From Oculina patagonica (lineage: Eukaryota): DNA of 64,000 nucleotides. Below, one piece after another: positions 62,903 through 64,000 of the stretch. The position numbers and the translations under genes are program-made. Numbering within the stretch: position 1 is the first letter of the stretch; the number at the start of each line of letters is the position of its first letter. The stretch covers positions 310,001 through 374,000 of the forward strand of contig NC_135759.1 in the NCBI RefSeq assembly GCF_052425735.1, written 5' to 3'. Below the pieces are notes generated by a model. That model had not been told where the DNA came from. It searched no databases and saw only the letters and a list, made by a program, of their open reading frames with translations.

Positions 62903-62940
62903 ACCTTGATAATGATGTTAGCTTCATCGAAACGTCGAAC
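62903..62940 (+). ncRNA. Variant minimal hammerhead ribozyme motif of Penelope type (probably degenerate)
   Basis: TTGATAA-t-GATG ttagctt CATC-GAAAC-GTC: U3/A8 covariant core, stem II and palindromic ACGT stem III. Stem I is weak. Confidence 0.4.
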
Positions 62941-64000
62941 AACTTTAGTTTTAATATTTCTATTGAAGTTTTTCAATAAACCGTTGATTCTTTTACCCAA
63001 TTGCTTAAATTGGTGGGCTCGCGGTGAGTACCCTGTTGTTGCTCCTGGACCATGTTATTATTCACATTCCATCTTTGATGCGCAGGAAACTCCGTTGTGT
63101 TTTTCTTCGATCAATGGAAAACTGAAAGTTTAATAAATACCTAAATGACCGATATCCCTACCCTTCCATATACCTAGGCTAGACTTGTGAAATTCCTACC
63201 CTTTTATATACCTGAAGCATAAAAAAGGTACCCCTTTCGGGCGGGGCCTCCCCGTATAGGCCATTATAGGGGTACCCCCCCCCCCCCCAGGTTCGTCATT
63301 CGCATAACAGTTCCTTTTCTGGATTATTGCCTCCTTAGTGGTTTTTGGCCTATAGTATTGAGTAAACCATATAAAAGGGTAAGGGGTTGGGCGTAGGGGG
63401 GAGCCATACAAATTAAACATTTTTTAGTATCCCCCCGGGATGACGAATTGAGCCATAACGGTGCACTTCTTGAAATTGCTGATGGTTAGTCAAAATTGCG
63501 TAGAATAGGTTGTTTTGTTTTTCAGAAGGCGAATGGATTTGGATGGTTTAATGCACCTTAAAAGTGAGCTAGCTAATTAGCTAGCTAATTCTAGCTAGCT
63601 AATGGTTCTATTACAGCAAGACCACCTTGAGTTATAATCGTGAATTTTCCAGTAATTAGCAACGTAATTTGTTCAAACATATTAATGAGTGAGTTAGAAC
63701 GGTTTTCTGTTTTTTTTTTGTTTTTTTACAAATAAGAATTTGCTTTAAACTTTGTGCGACGTCACTTTTAAGTACAGACTTGTAACGTTCTTTTTGTCGT
63801 CCTGGTTAAATTAAAGATCGGCACGTTTTCTTCATCGACTTTAACGTCTTTTACTCACGACGTGATAGTTTTTGCTAATTTCGTAGACATGAAACAATGT
63901 GGTTTATTTTAATAGAACTGTCAAGTTTCTTGCTCTCTGACAATACTTTTAGGATGCACACGAACAGACGCAAACAAATATCAATTTGTTAACCGTTTAT

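Overview
Eukaryotic, AT-rich, intron-rich genomic DNA, most likely from a stony coral or other anthozoan (inferred from gene structure and repeat types). Seven host genes can be spliced by eye: WDR11 (-, runs off the left edge), FANK1 (+), mitoferrin SLC25A28/37 (+), SUFU (-), BOD1/BOD1L (+), RAB28 (-) and a TMEM53/DUF829 hydrolase (+). Six of them form three head-to-head pairs. Introns carry many MITEs, LINE/SINE/Penelope remnants, a 42-copy 52-bp minisatellite and an apparently intact Crypton-type tyrosine-recombinase transposon in a triple-nested insertion. The most striking unexplained signal is an array of six (possibly seven) structurally covarying, IRE-like hairpins (bulged C + 5 nt + CAGUG/CAGAG) in the 3' UTR of the mitochondrial iron importer mitoferrin, reminiscent of the multi-IRE 3' UTR of vertebrate transferrin receptor mRNA. 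Exon coordinates were derived manually and may be off by a few bases.
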